62,811 nucleotides of DNA from Promethearchaeota archaeon (GCA_048940445.1 JBHLON010000020.1:1-62811), one strand, 5' to 3'; counted from the first letter of the stretch, positions 50,837 through 61,946 are shown. Notes: generated by a model from the letters alone, not told the origin. Translations and numbers: made by a program.

Positions 50837-52165
50837 ATGATAAATGTTTTAGTAGTTGGACATGGAGCTAGAGAACATGTAATTGGCGAATCATTAATTA
50901 ACAGTGGGGCAAAATTATTTGCCTTTATGAGCTTTAGAAATGCTGGATTGGATGAATTAAGCGAAGGAAGGGTTAAAATTCACTCTGAAACAGACTTTAA
51001 AGAACTCATTAAATATTGTCAAGATAATAAAGTGGATTTTGTAATCATTGGCCCTGAGGCTCCTTTAGTAGTTGGAATCGTGGATGCATTAGAAAAGAGT
51101 GGAATTTCTTGTGTAGGGCCTAAAATTGAAGTAGCCCAATTAGAAGGATCAAAAATCTTTACAAGAGAATTATTAGAGAAATATAAAATATCATCAAATG
51201 TAATAAGTAGACACTTCTATTCCATGGAAGGAATTGAAAGCTATATTAAGGATATGGGAGAAGAAAATATCGTAATTAAGCCAGATGGTCTAACTGGTGG
51301 AAAGGGTGTTAAAATTTATGGTGAACATTTATTCTCAAAAAGAGATATAATTGATTACTGTCAGGAACTAATCCAAAAAAAGAGTGGTTTTTTATTAGAA
51401 GAAAAGTGCGAGGGTGAAGAATTTACTCTACAGACTTTTGTTGATGGACATAAGGTAATAGGAAGCCCTCTTGTACAAGATCATAAAAGGGCTTACGAAA
51501 ATGATACAGGTCCAAATACAGGAGGGATGGGATCGTATTCATGTTCCAATCATCTTATGCCCTTTATCGATGAAAAAGATGTAAATTATGCTCTTGAACA
51601 AATGACAAAAGTCGTAAATGCCGTAAAAAACGAAACAGGAATTGATTATAAAGGATTCTTATATGGACAATTTATGAAAACAGCTAAAGGTATCAAACTA
51701 ATCGAATTTAACGTAAGATTTGGAGATCCAGAAGCTATGAATGTGTTACCCCTATTAAAAAATAATTTCCTTGATGTTTGTTATGGGATAATAGGAGGTA
51801 ATTTGTCGGGAAAGATTGGTTTTGAGAAACAGGCAACAGTTTGTAAATATCTTGCTCCCAAAGGCTATCCAGAATCTCCTAAAAAAGAAACTTTAATCGA
51901 AATTGATTACCAAAAGCTAACTGAGATCGGTGCAAAATGTTATTATGCTTCAGTATATAAAAAAAGAGAAAAAATCTATACTACAACCTCTCGGGCGATA
52001 GCGATTCTCGGTGTTGCTGATAACTTGAATAAAGCTGAAGATGTTGCTGAACAAGGGGTAAATTGCATCAAAGGACAATTATTTCATAGAAAAGATGTAG
52101 GGACTTCAAAATTATTACAAAAACGAATAAATCATATGAATTCTTTACTTGATAAAAATAAATAG
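50837..52165 (+). CDS. purD: Phosphoribosylamine-glycine ligase
   Basis: GHGAREH, GPEAPL, LEGSK, KPDGLTGGKGV, QDHKR, GPNTGGMG and EFNVRFGDPE motifs. Confidence 0.97.
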   Translation: MINVLVVGHGAREHVIGESLINSGAKLFAFMSFRNAGLDELSEGRVKIHSETDFKELIKYCQDNKVDFVIIGPEAPLVVGIVDALEKSGISCVGPKIEVAQLEGSKIFTRELLEKYKISSNVISRHFYSMEGIESYIKDMGEENIVIKPDGLTGGKGVKIYGEHLFSKRDIIDYCQELIQKKSGFLLEEKCEGEEFTLQTFVDGHKVIGSPLVQDHKRAYENDTGPNTGGMGSYSCSNHLMPFIDEKDVNYALEQMTKVVNAVKNETGIDYKGFLYGQFMKTAKGIKLIEFNVRFGDPEAMNVLPLLKNNFLDVCYGIIGGNLSGKIGFEKQATVCKYLAPKGYPESPKKETLIEIDYQKLTEIGAKCYYASVYKKREKIYTTTSRAIAILGVADNLNKAEDVAEQGVNCIKGQLFHRKDVGTSKLLQKRINHMNSLLDKNK

Positions 52166-52249
52166 TTTCTTTTTAACTTTAATCGTAGTAAAATCAAGTA
52201 TTATGAAATATAAAAGCTAGATTATAATAAAATCACTTATCTCTAGTAA

Positions 52250-52753
52250 TTGAATATGTCTAAAGATTGGCATGAAAAAAATATCCACTTTAATGCTTTA
52301 ATTAAACAATTATTTCATGACAGGAGTCATGAAAATAGAGCTAATGCAGCAAGACAATTGGGATTCCTAAGAGATGGGAGAGCAGTTAATTTGCTATGTC
52401 GGGCCTTAAAGAGCGAATATGATGATATAGTATTAAATAGGATTATTGAAGCATTGGGACTAATTGGTGATGGAAGGGCAACATTAGGAATTATCAAGAA
52501 ATTAAATGAGGAATTAAATAAACCAGAAATAGAGATGGACAAGTTAAAAATAACTTTTATTATTGAAAGTCTAACTAGAATTAAAGACAAAAGAGCATTA
52601 TCCTCTATTGGGCAATTCTTAGAGTCAAAGGATAACACATTAAAAACTCTTGCTGAGAAAGCGTTCGATGAGATCGAACCAAATTGGCGGCATATAATTG
52701 AAAAGGAGCAGCAAGAAAAGTCAATCCAAGAAATATTTAAAGTGAAATTATGA
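52250..52753 (+). CDS. HEAT (PBS-lyase-like) repeat protein
   Basis: RANAARQLG..RAVNLL; IEALGLIGDGRA; IESLTRIKDKRA. Confidence 0.85.
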   Translation: MNMSKDWHEKNIHFNALIKQLFHDRSHENRANAARQLGFLRDGRAVNLLCRALKSEYDDIVLNRIIEALGLIGDGRATLGIIKKLNEELNKPEIEMDKLKITFIIESLTRIKDKRALSSIGQFLESKDNTLKTLAEKAFDEIEPNWRHIIEKEQQEKSIQEIFKVKL

Positions 52754-52785
52754 CTTTTACCAATTTTATTTTTAAATCAAGTAAT

Positions 52786-53394
52786 CTATTTACTTGAAAA
52801 TTGATCAAAATATTTTTTTCCTTTACTTATATAATAAAGTTTTCTTATATAATAAAATATAAAATATCCTAAGATAAATATCCAATATCCTATAAAAATT
52901 ACGAAAAATTGAAACATTACGGGAAAAAAGACTAATAACACTAAACTGGTCATTATTAAAATAATCAAACATTCAAAAGACAATAAAAACGAATATTTTT
53001 TTTCAGAACTGATTTTTTTAAAATTTTCAATTAAACTATTTTGTTTTATATTTTCATAACAACTACAACATATCATTGGCATATCAAGATTATATCGCTC
53101 TTTTACATAAAATTTTTGAATTACGGTAAAGATCCGGTGAATTATATTTCCACATAACTTACAACGAAAGTGAGCTTTTAATCTATCCGATTCAATTTTG
53201 TCGATTTCCAATTTTGGAAAAAAGCAATCATTCTCTTTATAATGCTGACAAGTTTTGCAGGTTAAGATCTTCTCTAGATATTCTTCTTCTAAGTTTGTTT
53301 TTTCAGGTTTAATAAAAAAAGGATATTGATTGTGATACTGGCAAATTACACGTCCTTTGTCATCAATCTCGAAAGAGGGTTCTACAAATGACAT
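52786..53394 (-). CDS. Cys-rich (Zn-binding) protein with two C-terminal TMs
   Basis: CQYH, CKTCQH..C, CKLC and CCSC; hydrophobic C-terminus. Confidence 0.75.
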   Translation of the reverse strand: MSFVEPSFEIDDKGRVICQYHNQYPFFIKPEKTNLEEEYLEKILTCKTCQHYKENDCFFPKLEIDKIESDRLKAHFRCKLCGNIIHRIFTVIQKFYVKERYNLDMPMICCSCYENIKQNSLIENFKKISSEKKYSFLLSFECLIILIMTSLVLLVFFPVMFQFFVIFIGYWIFILGYFIFYYIRKLYYISKGKKYFDQFSSK

Positions 53395-53641
53395 TTTTCA
53401 GAAGAATGAATCTACTATAATCAAATAATCACAATGGTTTATTTATTTATCGATTTAATTTAATAAGACTTCTTTAATCAAAATGGTCCTTTTAGAGAGA
53501 AAGAAAAATATCTAAATCTTTAATTTATCTTAATGAGCAGATTTTTACTTTTTTATGAAAAAATTAATTTTTAGAAAAAATTTATATAGATCATATAAAT
53601 TCATATCATTTTTAAAAACGATCTTGAGGCGTAATTAAAAA

Positions 53642-56600
53642 ATGACCATGATTTCAAACGAAAATTATGATTTAATCGAAATTATCTCGAATAACATAGA
53701 TGATTTATTATATATTCTTAATAATTCTTTCGAATGTGAATATGTAAATGAACGCGTCCACATTCATTCAATTGGTTATTCTTGTATGTCAAAAAAGTTT
53801 ACAGACTATATCCATCTAAGTGACAAAAAAAAATCTATTGACTTTTTAAGAAAAATTTTAAGAAATGGAGAGGCTGTTGAGGAAATTCGAATATTAAGTA
53901 ATGATGGGTATAAACTTTTTGAGGTCCAAGGAAAAAGATTCTTCGATAAACTATACAACGCAAAAATATTTCTTATATCAAAAGATATTTCAAAGTTTAA
54001 GGAAATAGAAGATCAATGGATGAAAAGAACAGAAAAATTAAGGGAAATGACACAAAGTTTGCCTGAGTTGAGGTTCTGGAAACTATTGCAGACTAAAGGA
54101 TCAAAAGCAGTAATTCAAAAAACGCATCAAATGTTAGATTTGGTAATTGAAAGTATTCCACAATACATTTTTTGGAAAGATATTGATTTAAATTATTTAG
54201 GATGTAATGGAAATTATGCTGATATTAATGAATTAAAAGATTCAAACTTCATTATCGGAAAAAAAGATCATGAATTACCTTGGTCTCAAAATAATATTGC
54301 TCATATTCAAGAAAGAGAATTACATGTTATTAAGAATAACAAGGCTGAACATTCAATAGAAATTTTAAACTTATGTGATGGTAATAAGGGTTGGTTTGAA
54401 GTAAATCGAATTCCACTTCATGATTTAGAAGACAACATCATAGGAATATTATCTTTTTACAATAATATTACTGATCGAATAACAGCTGAACAAAAATTAG
54501 GTCAATCAGAATTTAAGTATCGTAGTATTCTTGAAAATATAAAAGAAGGATATTTTGAGGTCGATTTAAAAGGTAATTTTACTTTTATTAATAATTCTTT
54601 TTGTGAGATTTTTGGATATGCTGAAAATGAGTTACTCGGGTCTAATTACAGGCGATTTGCAGATAAGACAAATAGAGAAAAGGCATTTGAGAGATTTAAC
54701 CAAGTCTATAAGACTGGGATTGGCCAGAAATATCTTCAATTTGAATTCATGAAAAAAGATGGAGAGATAATAATATTAGAAACATCTGTGTATTTAAGAT
54801 ACGATTCGGATGGAGGAAAAATCGGTTTCTATGGAATGGTACACGATATTACGGATAAATATCTTTTGGAGCAAGAATTAAAGCAATCAGAACAAAAATA
54901 TAGACTTATTTCTGAAAATGCTTATGATTTAATAAGCATAATCAATCAAGACTTTAAATTTGAATATGCAAATGAACAGCCTTTTTTTGATATCTTAGGT
55001 TATAAGATTATAGAAATAATAGGGAATTCAGCGTTAAAAATAATCCATCCAGAAGATAAAAATTTAGCTTATAATTCTTTAATTCAAGGTTTAAAGACTG
55101 GAGAAGGCGCTGCTGAACTAAGAGTAAAAACAAAAAGCAGTAATTGGGTTTGGATAGAAGTTAAAGGTAAGACCTTTGTGGATATGGATGGTCAAATTAA
55201 AGGAATAATCATAGGGAGAGATATTACAGAAAGAAAGAGTGCTGAAGAAAAATTAAAAAGGTCTGAAAAAAGATTTAGGCATTTATTTAAGAGTTCTCCA
55301 TTTACTATTTGGTTATTGAATTCAAAAGGAATTGTTATTGATTGTAATCCGACAATGAATAAATTACTTTCAAAATACAATAAAGATGATATCGTAGGTA
55401 AGCATTTTGTTGATGTCTTATCAATGTTTGAAAGACCTGAATATTTTGTGCCTTTTTTCAAAGAAAAATTTTATGGCTTTATTAATGGAGAAAAGATTGA
55501 GCCTGTTGAATTTCAGATAACGAGAGCTGATGGCAAATCTCTATGGTTAACATTACAAAGTTCTAAAATAACTTTAGGTGAAGAACTTTTAATTCAAGTC
55601 ATTATTCAAGACATTACTGAAAAGAAACGAGCTGAAGAAGATTTAAAAACATTAAATAAACAACTTGAAGAGATTATCCAAGAAAGAACCAAGAAATTAA
55701 GGGAATCAGAAGAAAAATTTAGAAATATAGCTGAACAGACTTCATTAGGCATCATCATTTTACAAGAAGGATATGTAACATATACAAATCGAGCTTTATT
55801 AGAAATAACTGGCTATTCAAATGAAGAAGTCAAAGAATGGTCAAAAAATGAATTTGTTAATAAAATTTATCCTGAAGACTTACCTTATGCATTAGAACAA
55901 TTACAGCAAAAATTAACTGGGCACATAAATTTAATGTCTCACTATAGTTGTAGAATTATAACTAAATCTGGAGAAATAAAATGGATAGAACTACATTCAA
56001 AAGCTATTACATATCAAGGTAAATTAGCAGACTTTATCACCTTTATAGATATTACAGATAAAAAGATAGCAGAACAAAGACTAATAGAATCAGAAGAAAA
56101 ATATAGACATTTATTTGAAAATTCACCTTTTGGAATTGTTTTACTAGATTTTGATGGGACTATAATTGATGTTAATTCTACTACGCCTAAGCTATATGGT
56201 TATACAATGGAAGATCTCCTAGGCAAAAATTATCTTGATCTTAAGGGTATTTATCCCCTAGAGACAAAATCAGCGTTACGTAATATCACAAACCTACTCA
56301 ATAAGGGTGAGTTTATATTACCAAAGATGAAACCACATGTAATAGAAATATATAAGAAAGATGGAACAACAGCTTGGGTAGAATCAGAGATATCAACAAT
56401 TAAACTTGGTGATCATATCTTTATACAAATCATTATCCAAGATATTACAGATAAGAAAATAGCTGAGCAAAAATTGATTGAATCAGAAAAGATTCTAAGA
56501 GAACAAAACTTAGAATTAAGAGAATTAGATAAACTCAAATCAGATTTTATTAGCATTGCAGCCCATGAATTAAAAACTCCATTAATCTCTGTAGGAGGTT

Positions 56601-57226
56601 ATGTGGATTTGATTCTCATGAGAGAAAAGGAACTAAAATCTGAAATAAAAGAGGATCTAAATAGAGTCTTAATTAATGTGCGACGACTTGAGGATTATAT
56701 TAATCGGTTAATGGATGTAATGAAAATTGATGCAAAAAAAATGGAATTAGACTTTGCAGAGCATTATATACATCAGATTATAGAAGACACTCTCCTAGAA
56801 TTGAGTTTCCAAATTAACCAAAAAGAACTGAGAGTAAAAGTGGATGTAGATAAAGATTTTAAGATGACGCTTGATTCGTCAAGGATTTATCAAGTTTTTT
56901 CAAATCTTATTTCAAATGCTATTAAATTTTCAAATCAAGGAAGTATAATTGAAATCACAGCTAAAGTTCAAGATACTGATTATTTGTTCTCAATCAGAGA
57001 TTATGGTAAGGGTTTAAGCGAAAAACAATTAAACAAGCTTTTTGGAAAATTTGTGACTCTAGGAGAAAGTTCCGATAATTTTTCAACTTTTGAAAAGGGT
57101 AGTGGATTAGGATTGTATATTGCTAGAGGGATTATTGAAGCTCATGGTGGAAAGATTTGGGTAAAATCTGAAGGATTAAATAAAGGTGCGGAATTTAACT
57201 TTACAATACCAATTCAAATTGACTAA
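53642..57226 (+). CDS. Cytoplasmic multi-PAS (about 7) sensor histidine kinase
   Basis: Repeated DIT(D/E)xK PAC ends; H-box AHELKTPL; NLISNAIKF; DYGKG; GSGLGL. Confidence 0.95.
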   Translation: MTMISNENYDLIEIISNNIDDLLYILNNSFECEYVNERVHIHSIGYSCMSKKFTDYIHLSDKKKSIDFLRKILRNGEAVEEIRILSNDGYKLFEVQGKRFFDKLYNAKIFLISKDISKFKEIEDQWMKRTEKLREMTQSLPELRFWKLLQTKGSKAVIQKTHQMLDLVIESIPQYIFWKDIDLNYLGCNGNYADINELKDSNFIIGKKDHELPWSQNNIAHIQERELHVIKNNKAEHSIEILNLCDGNKGWFEVNRIPLHDLEDNIIGILSFYNNITDRITAEQKLGQSEFKYRSILENIKEGYFEVDLKGNFTFINNSFCEIFGYAENELLGSNYRRFADKTNREKAFERFNQVYKTGIGQKYLQFEFMKKDGEIIILETSVYLRYDSDGGKIGFYGMVHDITDKYLLEQELKQSEQKYRLISENAYDLISIINQDFKFEYANEQPFFDILGYKIIEIIGNSALKIIHPEDKNLAYNSLIQGLKTGEGAAELRVKTKSSNWVWIEVKGKTFVDMDGQIKGIIIGRDITERKSAEEKLKRSEKRFRHLFKSSPFTIWLLNSKGIVIDCNPTMNKLLSKYNKDDIVGKHFVDVLSMFERPEYFVPFFKEKFYGFINGEKIEPVEFQITRADGKSLWLTLQSSKITLGEELLIQVIIQDITEKKRAEEDLKTLNKQLEEIIQERTKKLRESEEKFRNIAEQTSLGIIILQEGYVTYTNRALLEITGYSNEEVKEWSKNEFVNKIYPEDLPYALEQLQQKLTGHINLMSHYSCRIITKSGEIKWIELHSKAITYQGKLADFITFIDITDKKIAEQRLIESEEKYRHLFENSPFGIVLLDFDGTIIDVNSTTPKLYGYTMEDLLGKNYLDLKGIYPLETKSALRNITNLLNKGEFILPKMKPHVIEIYKKDGTTAWVESEISTIKLGDHIFIQIIIQDITDKKIAEQKLIESEKILREQNLELRELDKLKSDFISIAAHELKTPLISVGGYVDLILMREKELKSEIKEDLNRVLINVRRLEDYINRLMDVMKIDAKKMELDFAEHYIHQIIEDTLLELSFQINQKELRVKVDVDKDFKMTLDSSRIYQVFSNLISNAIKFSNQGSIIEITAKVQDTDYLFSIRDYGKGLSEKQLNKLFGKFVTLGESSDNFSTFEKGSGLGLYIARGIIEAHGGKIWVKSEGLNKGAEFNFTIPIQID

Positions 57227-57357
57227 AAGTATTATTATTGTTTACTTTATTAGTCTTAGGTAAAATTTATTTGAAATAGATGTAATTTTACTTTAAAAGA
57301 AATTAGAGTTTATCTTCTGTATTAATACTTAAATTGAGATTTTATTTATAAGTCTAA

Positions 57358-59526
57358 ATGTCGACTTTACTAATAGCTGAAAAAAATAAAGCAGCTCAAG
57401 CCATTGCTGAAGCATTAGGGGCAGTTAAGATCATAACTAAATCAAAAAAGATTAAAGTCTATCATGTTCCTGCAAGAAATCTATATGTTATTCCACTTAG
57501 AGGGCACATTCTTGAATATCGGAACTCAGCTATATTTAAGAGTTGGACAAAAAGTAATCCTCGTGAAATTATTACAAACCCCAATGCTATAGAGAAAGTA
57601 CCAATAAGTTATTCAAAACCTTATATAAATTTATTAAAAGAATATTCTAAACTAACAAATCGTTGTATCATAGGTACAGATGCTGATATTGAAGGATGCA
57701 ATATAGGTCTTTTTGATGCTTTACCTTTTATACAAGAGGTGAATCCAACCATTAAAGTGTCACAAATATGGTTAAGTTCACTTCAAAAAAGTGAAATTAT
57801 AAAAAAATTTTATACACCTATTAGTCCAAAATATAGTTGGGGAGAATCAGGCGAAGCTCGTGCAATAATTGATGCTTTTGTAGGCTTTTCAGCTACAAGA
57901 GAGATTACTAGCACACTTCACTCTTTATTAAATAAATTTGGGGTAAGGTTTACTTCAATTGGAAGAGTTCAGACTTCACTTCTTTATTTAATTTATTTAA
58001 GAGAACAAGAAATAGTAAAATTCATACCTGAACCATATTTCATAATTGAAGCAATTCTAAAACATAAAAGTGGAACATTTAAAGCTCAGCACGAGTTGAA
58101 TCCTTTCCAAAAACAGGATGAGATGAAAGCAACAAATATCTATAATAAAATCAAAAATGAGAAAATCGCAAAAATTATTAATCATACTAAGACCTTGATG
58201 AAAAGATATCCTCCTAGCCCATTAAATACTTCGAAAGCTCTAACCCTTTTAACAAAAAGTTTGAAAGTATCCCCTCATGTAGCTATGAATACAATGAACT
58301 CTCTCTATCTTAATAAAATAATCTCCTATCCGAGAACAGAGAGCGATATCTATAAGATTGATTTTGATCATAAGGAAAAATTAGATCAATTTAAAAATCA
58401 TACCAAATATGGCAACTATACTTCTAAATTGATTAAACATCAAAGATTTACACCAACAAAAGGTAAAATCGATGCTGGAGATCATCCACCTATTACTCCA
58501 TTAATTAGTTTGGAATTAGAAGCTAAAAATTTTGATAATAATCTTCAAAAAAATGTATATGATTTAATAACGCGATATTATCTTGCTTTATTTGGTGATT
58601 TTGCAACCGAATCAAAACAAATTTTGAGACTATTAATTAGAGACGAACGATTCATTGCTCAAGTAACCGCCTTAATTTCTGAAGGCTTTCTGGAGATTGC
58701 TCCCTTCCTCCGACCAAAATATAATGTTGAGATTCAAATTGATGGGGATCAAATTCCTATCCAAAAGATATTATTAAGTAAAAAAGAAACTAAACCTCCC
58801 CTCAGATATACCGATACTTCTCTTTTAAAGCTGATGGAAAAGAACCATCTTGGCACCAAATCAACTAGACCAATCATAATTAAATTACTCCAGACTAGAA
58901 AATTAACAAGAAGGATCAAATACTCTTATTTTATAACTGATCTAGGGAATTTTCTTATTGAAAATTTAATCAAGATTTGGTTACCCTTTCTTAAACCTAG
59001 TTTTACTAAAAAAATTGAGATCAAACTTGAAGAGATTAAACTAGGAAAGAAAAAATTACATACTGTAATCTATGAGGTTAGGGATGACTTTTTAAATTTA
59101 TTTGACAAATTGCTCGCAAATAAAAAGACTATTATTTCAAATATAGATAAGTTAAATAAAAAATTAGATCTTCAGACTTCAAAAGATTTCTCTATAAAAA
59201 CTCAATCAACCTGCCCCAAGTGTCATAATTCCCCCATGAAGTTTATTAATCTTCCAAAAAAAAGATTTCTTGTATGTTCAGATGAAAAATGTAAAAAATT
59301 TCTCTCTTTACCAAAAAGAGGTAAGTTAACTTTGCTAGATACGAAATGTTCTTTGTGTGGTTTTAATGTTTTTAAAGTCTCTATTTATAAAGGTAATAAA
59401 TTGCTCACATATTGGTTTTGTCCTAAGTGTTGGAATCACGGTTTAAATGAAAAGAATGGCCGAGGATTTTGCTCTAATTGTGATAATTATAAAATTTTGA
59501 ATAATAAATGTGTAAAAAAATCTTAA
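57358..59526 (+). CDS. topA: Type IA DNA topoisomerase (Top3-like) with C-terminal zinc fingers
   Basis: IAEK, TDADIEG, GRVQT, catalytic SYPRT, HPPITP and LGTKSTR motifs; CxxC-rich tail. Confidence 0.93.
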   Translation: MSTLLIAEKNKAAQAIAEALGAVKIITKSKKIKVYHVPARNLYVIPLRGHILEYRNSAIFKSWTKSNPREIITNPNAIEKVPISYSKPYINLLKEYSKLTNRCIIGTDADIEGCNIGLFDALPFIQEVNPTIKVSQIWLSSLQKSEIIKKFYTPISPKYSWGESGEARAIIDAFVGFSATREITSTLHSLLNKFGVRFTSIGRVQTSLLYLIYLREQEIVKFIPEPYFIIEAILKHKSGTFKAQHELNPFQKQDEMKATNIYNKIKNEKIAKIINHTKTLMKRYPPSPLNTSKALTLLTKSLKVSPHVAMNTMNSLYLNKIISYPRTESDIYKIDFDHKEKLDQFKNHTKYGNYTSKLIKHQRFTPTKGKIDAGDHPPITPLISLELEAKNFDNNLQKNVYDLITRYYLALFGDFATESKQILRLLIRDERFIAQVTALISEGFLEIAPFLRPKYNVEIQIDGDQIPIQKILLSKKETKPPLRYTDTSLLKLMEKNHLGTKSTRPIIIKLLQTRKLTRRIKYSYFITDLGNFLIENLIKIWLPFLKPSFTKKIEIKLEEIKLGKKKLHTVIYEVRDDFLNLFDKLLANKKTIISNIDKLNKKLDLQTSKDFSIKTQSTCPKCHNSPMKFINLPKKRFLVCSDEKCKKFLSLPKRGKLTLLDTKCSLCGFNVFKVSIYKGNKLLTYWFCPKCWNHGLNEKNGRGFCSNCDNYKILNNKCVKKS

Positions 59527-59913
59527 TTAATCTAATTTAAATTTATACTTATTAAAAGCAGCCCGGGTTAAACCAACGTAATTATCGCTAATTTTGTAAT
59601 ATAATTTTCCATCTATTATTCTCCTTTCAACATAATCGCTTTTTATGCAAGAATTTAAAGAATGTATCATTGTACCTAACGTAACAGCACCCATAAACTT
59701 TTGCTGACGTTTTGCAATTCGAATTAAATCTAACTCTGAATGCCAATCTCCATCTGATAATCCTATTAAGATTTCATTTTTAACAGCAATTTTAATACTT
59801 TTAATTTTGTTAAATAATGCTGAGTAATCTGGTTTATAATATTTTTTTAATATCTGAGAAGAATCAGTTTTATTGTCTTGAAAATTTTCCATATTTAATA
59901 GCACCAAAATCAA
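59527..59913 (-). CDS. Winged-helix-like protein
   Basis: ILIGLSDGDWHSELDL...VERRII..YYKIS. Confidence 0.65.
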   Translation of the reverse strand: MILVLLNMENFQDNKTDSSQILKKYYKPDYSALFNKIKSIKIAVKNEILIGLSDGDWHSELDLIRIAKRQQKFMGAVTLGTMIHSLNSCIKSDYVERRIIDGKLYYKISDNYVGLTRAAFNKYKFKLD

Positions 59914-60014
59914 ATTTATTTACAATATAATATCAGAATAATATTTTTAATGAAGAGTAATACCCTAATAACATCTAAAAATATATATTGAACTTAGTAT
60001 GAAGAAAAAGTAAA

Positions 60015-61130
60015 TTACAAAAGATTATCAGGAATCCCCTCATTAAAATATTTCGCACGGGTTATCCATAAATTTTGAAATTCAGGTAATAAGGACAAAA
60101 TTGATCCACCAACCCATACTGAAAAGACCCGTTCTCTTGGAGCAATTATCTTAACAGTTTGCTGTGTTTTCTTTCTTTTAATTAATTCTAATTCTAATTC
60201 TTGGTGAATTCTTGCTTTTAAATTTGGAAACATTGAAGACCCCCCACTTAAAAATATATTATTTAATAAATCCGGACGGATATCCACATCACATTCTTCT
60301 ATGACATCCATAATTGCTTGAGGTAAGGGATCTTCTTCTAACTCCAAGGTTGGATTAAATAATAATTCTGGAACTCTGAAACGTTCTTCACTTAATTTAA
60401 TAGTTGATCCATCTGGTAATGAATATGGTTTTTCATATTGTTCAGTTCGTTTTAAGTCTTCCTTAAAATCTAGAGACACAAAACATGCCTTTTCCTTTAA
60501 TGCTCTAACTAATTCTCTTCTAATTGATGAATCAGCAGAGAAACCAATCTCACCAAGGATTTTTTCCATGTATTTTGTTAAAACTTTCCCTCCTAATTCA
60601 AGGATTCTTATAGCATGATCTATTTTGTATCCCTCATAGATAGGAACTATTCTTGTTAGACTATCACCAATTTCAACCACTAAACCTGTTTGGAACCCTC
60701 CAGAATATAAAGTTAACATTGAATCCAATACGGGATAAAATGCCATACATTGATATTGTTCTAAAAATAATTGAAATAATCGTGCTAAATCTTGTTTTGG
60801 AAATAATGGATGTACTGCAAAAAGGATATTAACTAAACTAGGGTCAACTCTAAGGTTATAGAAGATATAGTCAATGATTTTTTCAAAGGAAATCCAATCT
60901 TGAATCCTCCCTTTCTCTATCGGATAAAGAATTTTGAATAATCCTAATGACTGGATTTCATCTCCTACGTAAAATTCTTCCTGTTTAGTACCTCCATAAT
61001 CAAAATCAATTTGTTGATACTTAGGTGTTCCAACAATTGTGAAGAAAACTTGAGAAGGAAAATCTTCTCCAGCATAACCAGCCTTACTCGCAAAACTTCC
61101 CAAGTCAAGAACAACAGTTAAATTTGCCAT
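60015..61130 (-). CDS. Actin-related protein (Asgard actin family)
   Basis: VLDLGS..KAGYAGED.P, YPIEKG, VPIYEGY, LKEKACFV, YSLPDG, ERFRVPELLF, LSGGSSMFP and SVWVGGSIL motifs. Confidence 0.96.
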   Translation of the reverse strand: MANLTVVLDLGSFASKAGYAGEDFPSQVFFTIVGTPKYQQIDFDYGGTKQEEFYVGDEIQSLGLFKILYPIEKGRIQDWISFEKIIDYIFYNLRVDPSLVNILFAVHPLFPKQDLARLFQLFLEQYQCMAFYPVLDSMLTLYSGGFQTGLVVEIGDSLTRIVPIYEGYKIDHAIRILELGGKVLTKYMEKILGEIGFSADSSIRRELVRALKEKACFVSLDFKEDLKRTEQYEKPYSLPDGSTIKLSEERFRVPELLFNPTLELEEDPLPQAIMDVIEECDVDIRPDLLNNIFLSGGSSMFPNLKARIHQELELELIKRKKTQQTVKIIAPRERVFSVWVGGSILSLLPEFQNLWITRAKYFNEGIPDNLL

Positions 61131-61199
61131 CTTATTAGAATATTAAAAGAATTCTATTACTTACTATTTTAATTTTATAATCAATTAACTTATTTAATT

Positions 61200-61946
61200 T
61201 TATACTAATAAAATTTTTAATGGAGTATAAGTAGTTTCAGGAATATAAGCTTCTCCATGAGGAGAATTAATTGAATTGCCATTTAGGGCTGCTGTAGATT
61301 CTGCCCATTCAATTACTCGTTCTAACACTTCTATTTGGGATTCATAGACATGATAAAAAATCTCCTTTTTTTGTTCCCAATATTCTCTAATGTCAACTAT
61401 AATAAAAACAGAAGCATCAATATATTGAAATTTACAAGATGGAGATTCATAATAATATACTCCAAGAGGCGTCCACTGCCTTTCATGACCACCATAAGCT
61501 TTTCCAGTTGAGCAGTGATAGATAGCTTCACGTACAATAAAGGATAGATTACGATGAACTCGATGGAAATCTGAAAAATGAGGTATTAAAATGATTTGGG
61601 GTTGATACTCTCTTATTAAATTAGTAATTTCAGAAATCTTTCTTCTATTTATATCCATCTCTGAGTAGTTTAAATCAATTATTTTAGCTTTTAAAGCATT
61701 CTCAATTAATTTCAATTCATTTTTTCTCTGCTCTAAAATTTTTTCTTTGTATAATTTTCTTGCATAACCGCCTAATCCGCTTGTAGCTACAACTATTATA
61801 ATTTCGGACCCTAAATCCTTATATTTAAGTATTGTTCCTCCGCATGATATAATTTCATCATCTGGGTGTCCAGCAAAAATCATTAATCTCTTCGGGACAA
61901 CAACAGGAATAGTATCCTCACAAATTAAAAAATCCTTTTTTTCCAT
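61200..61946 (-). CDS. PIG-L/LmbE-family deacetylase
   Basis: GHPDDE, GGTI, DFHRVH and SQ motifs. Confidence 0.92.
   Translation of the reverse strand: MEKKDFLICEDTIPVVVPKRLMIFAGHPDDEIISCGGTILKYKDLGSEIIIVVATSGLGGYARKLYKEKILEQRKNELKLIENALKAKIIDLNYSEMDINRRKISEITNLIREYQPQIILIPHFSDFHRVHRNLSFIVREAIYHCSTGKAYGGHERQWTPLGVYYYESPSCKFQYIDASVFIIVDIREYWEQKKEIFYHVYESQIEVLERVIEWAESTAALNGNSINSPHGEAYIPETTYTPLKILLV

Noticed and set aside
1003-55461. Antisense ORFs in the track (e.g. 1003, 3154, 6431, 12334, 13016, 14880, 26323, 31282, 39237, 44198, 52327, 55192)
   Set aside because: They lie opposite well-supported genes and show no motifs.
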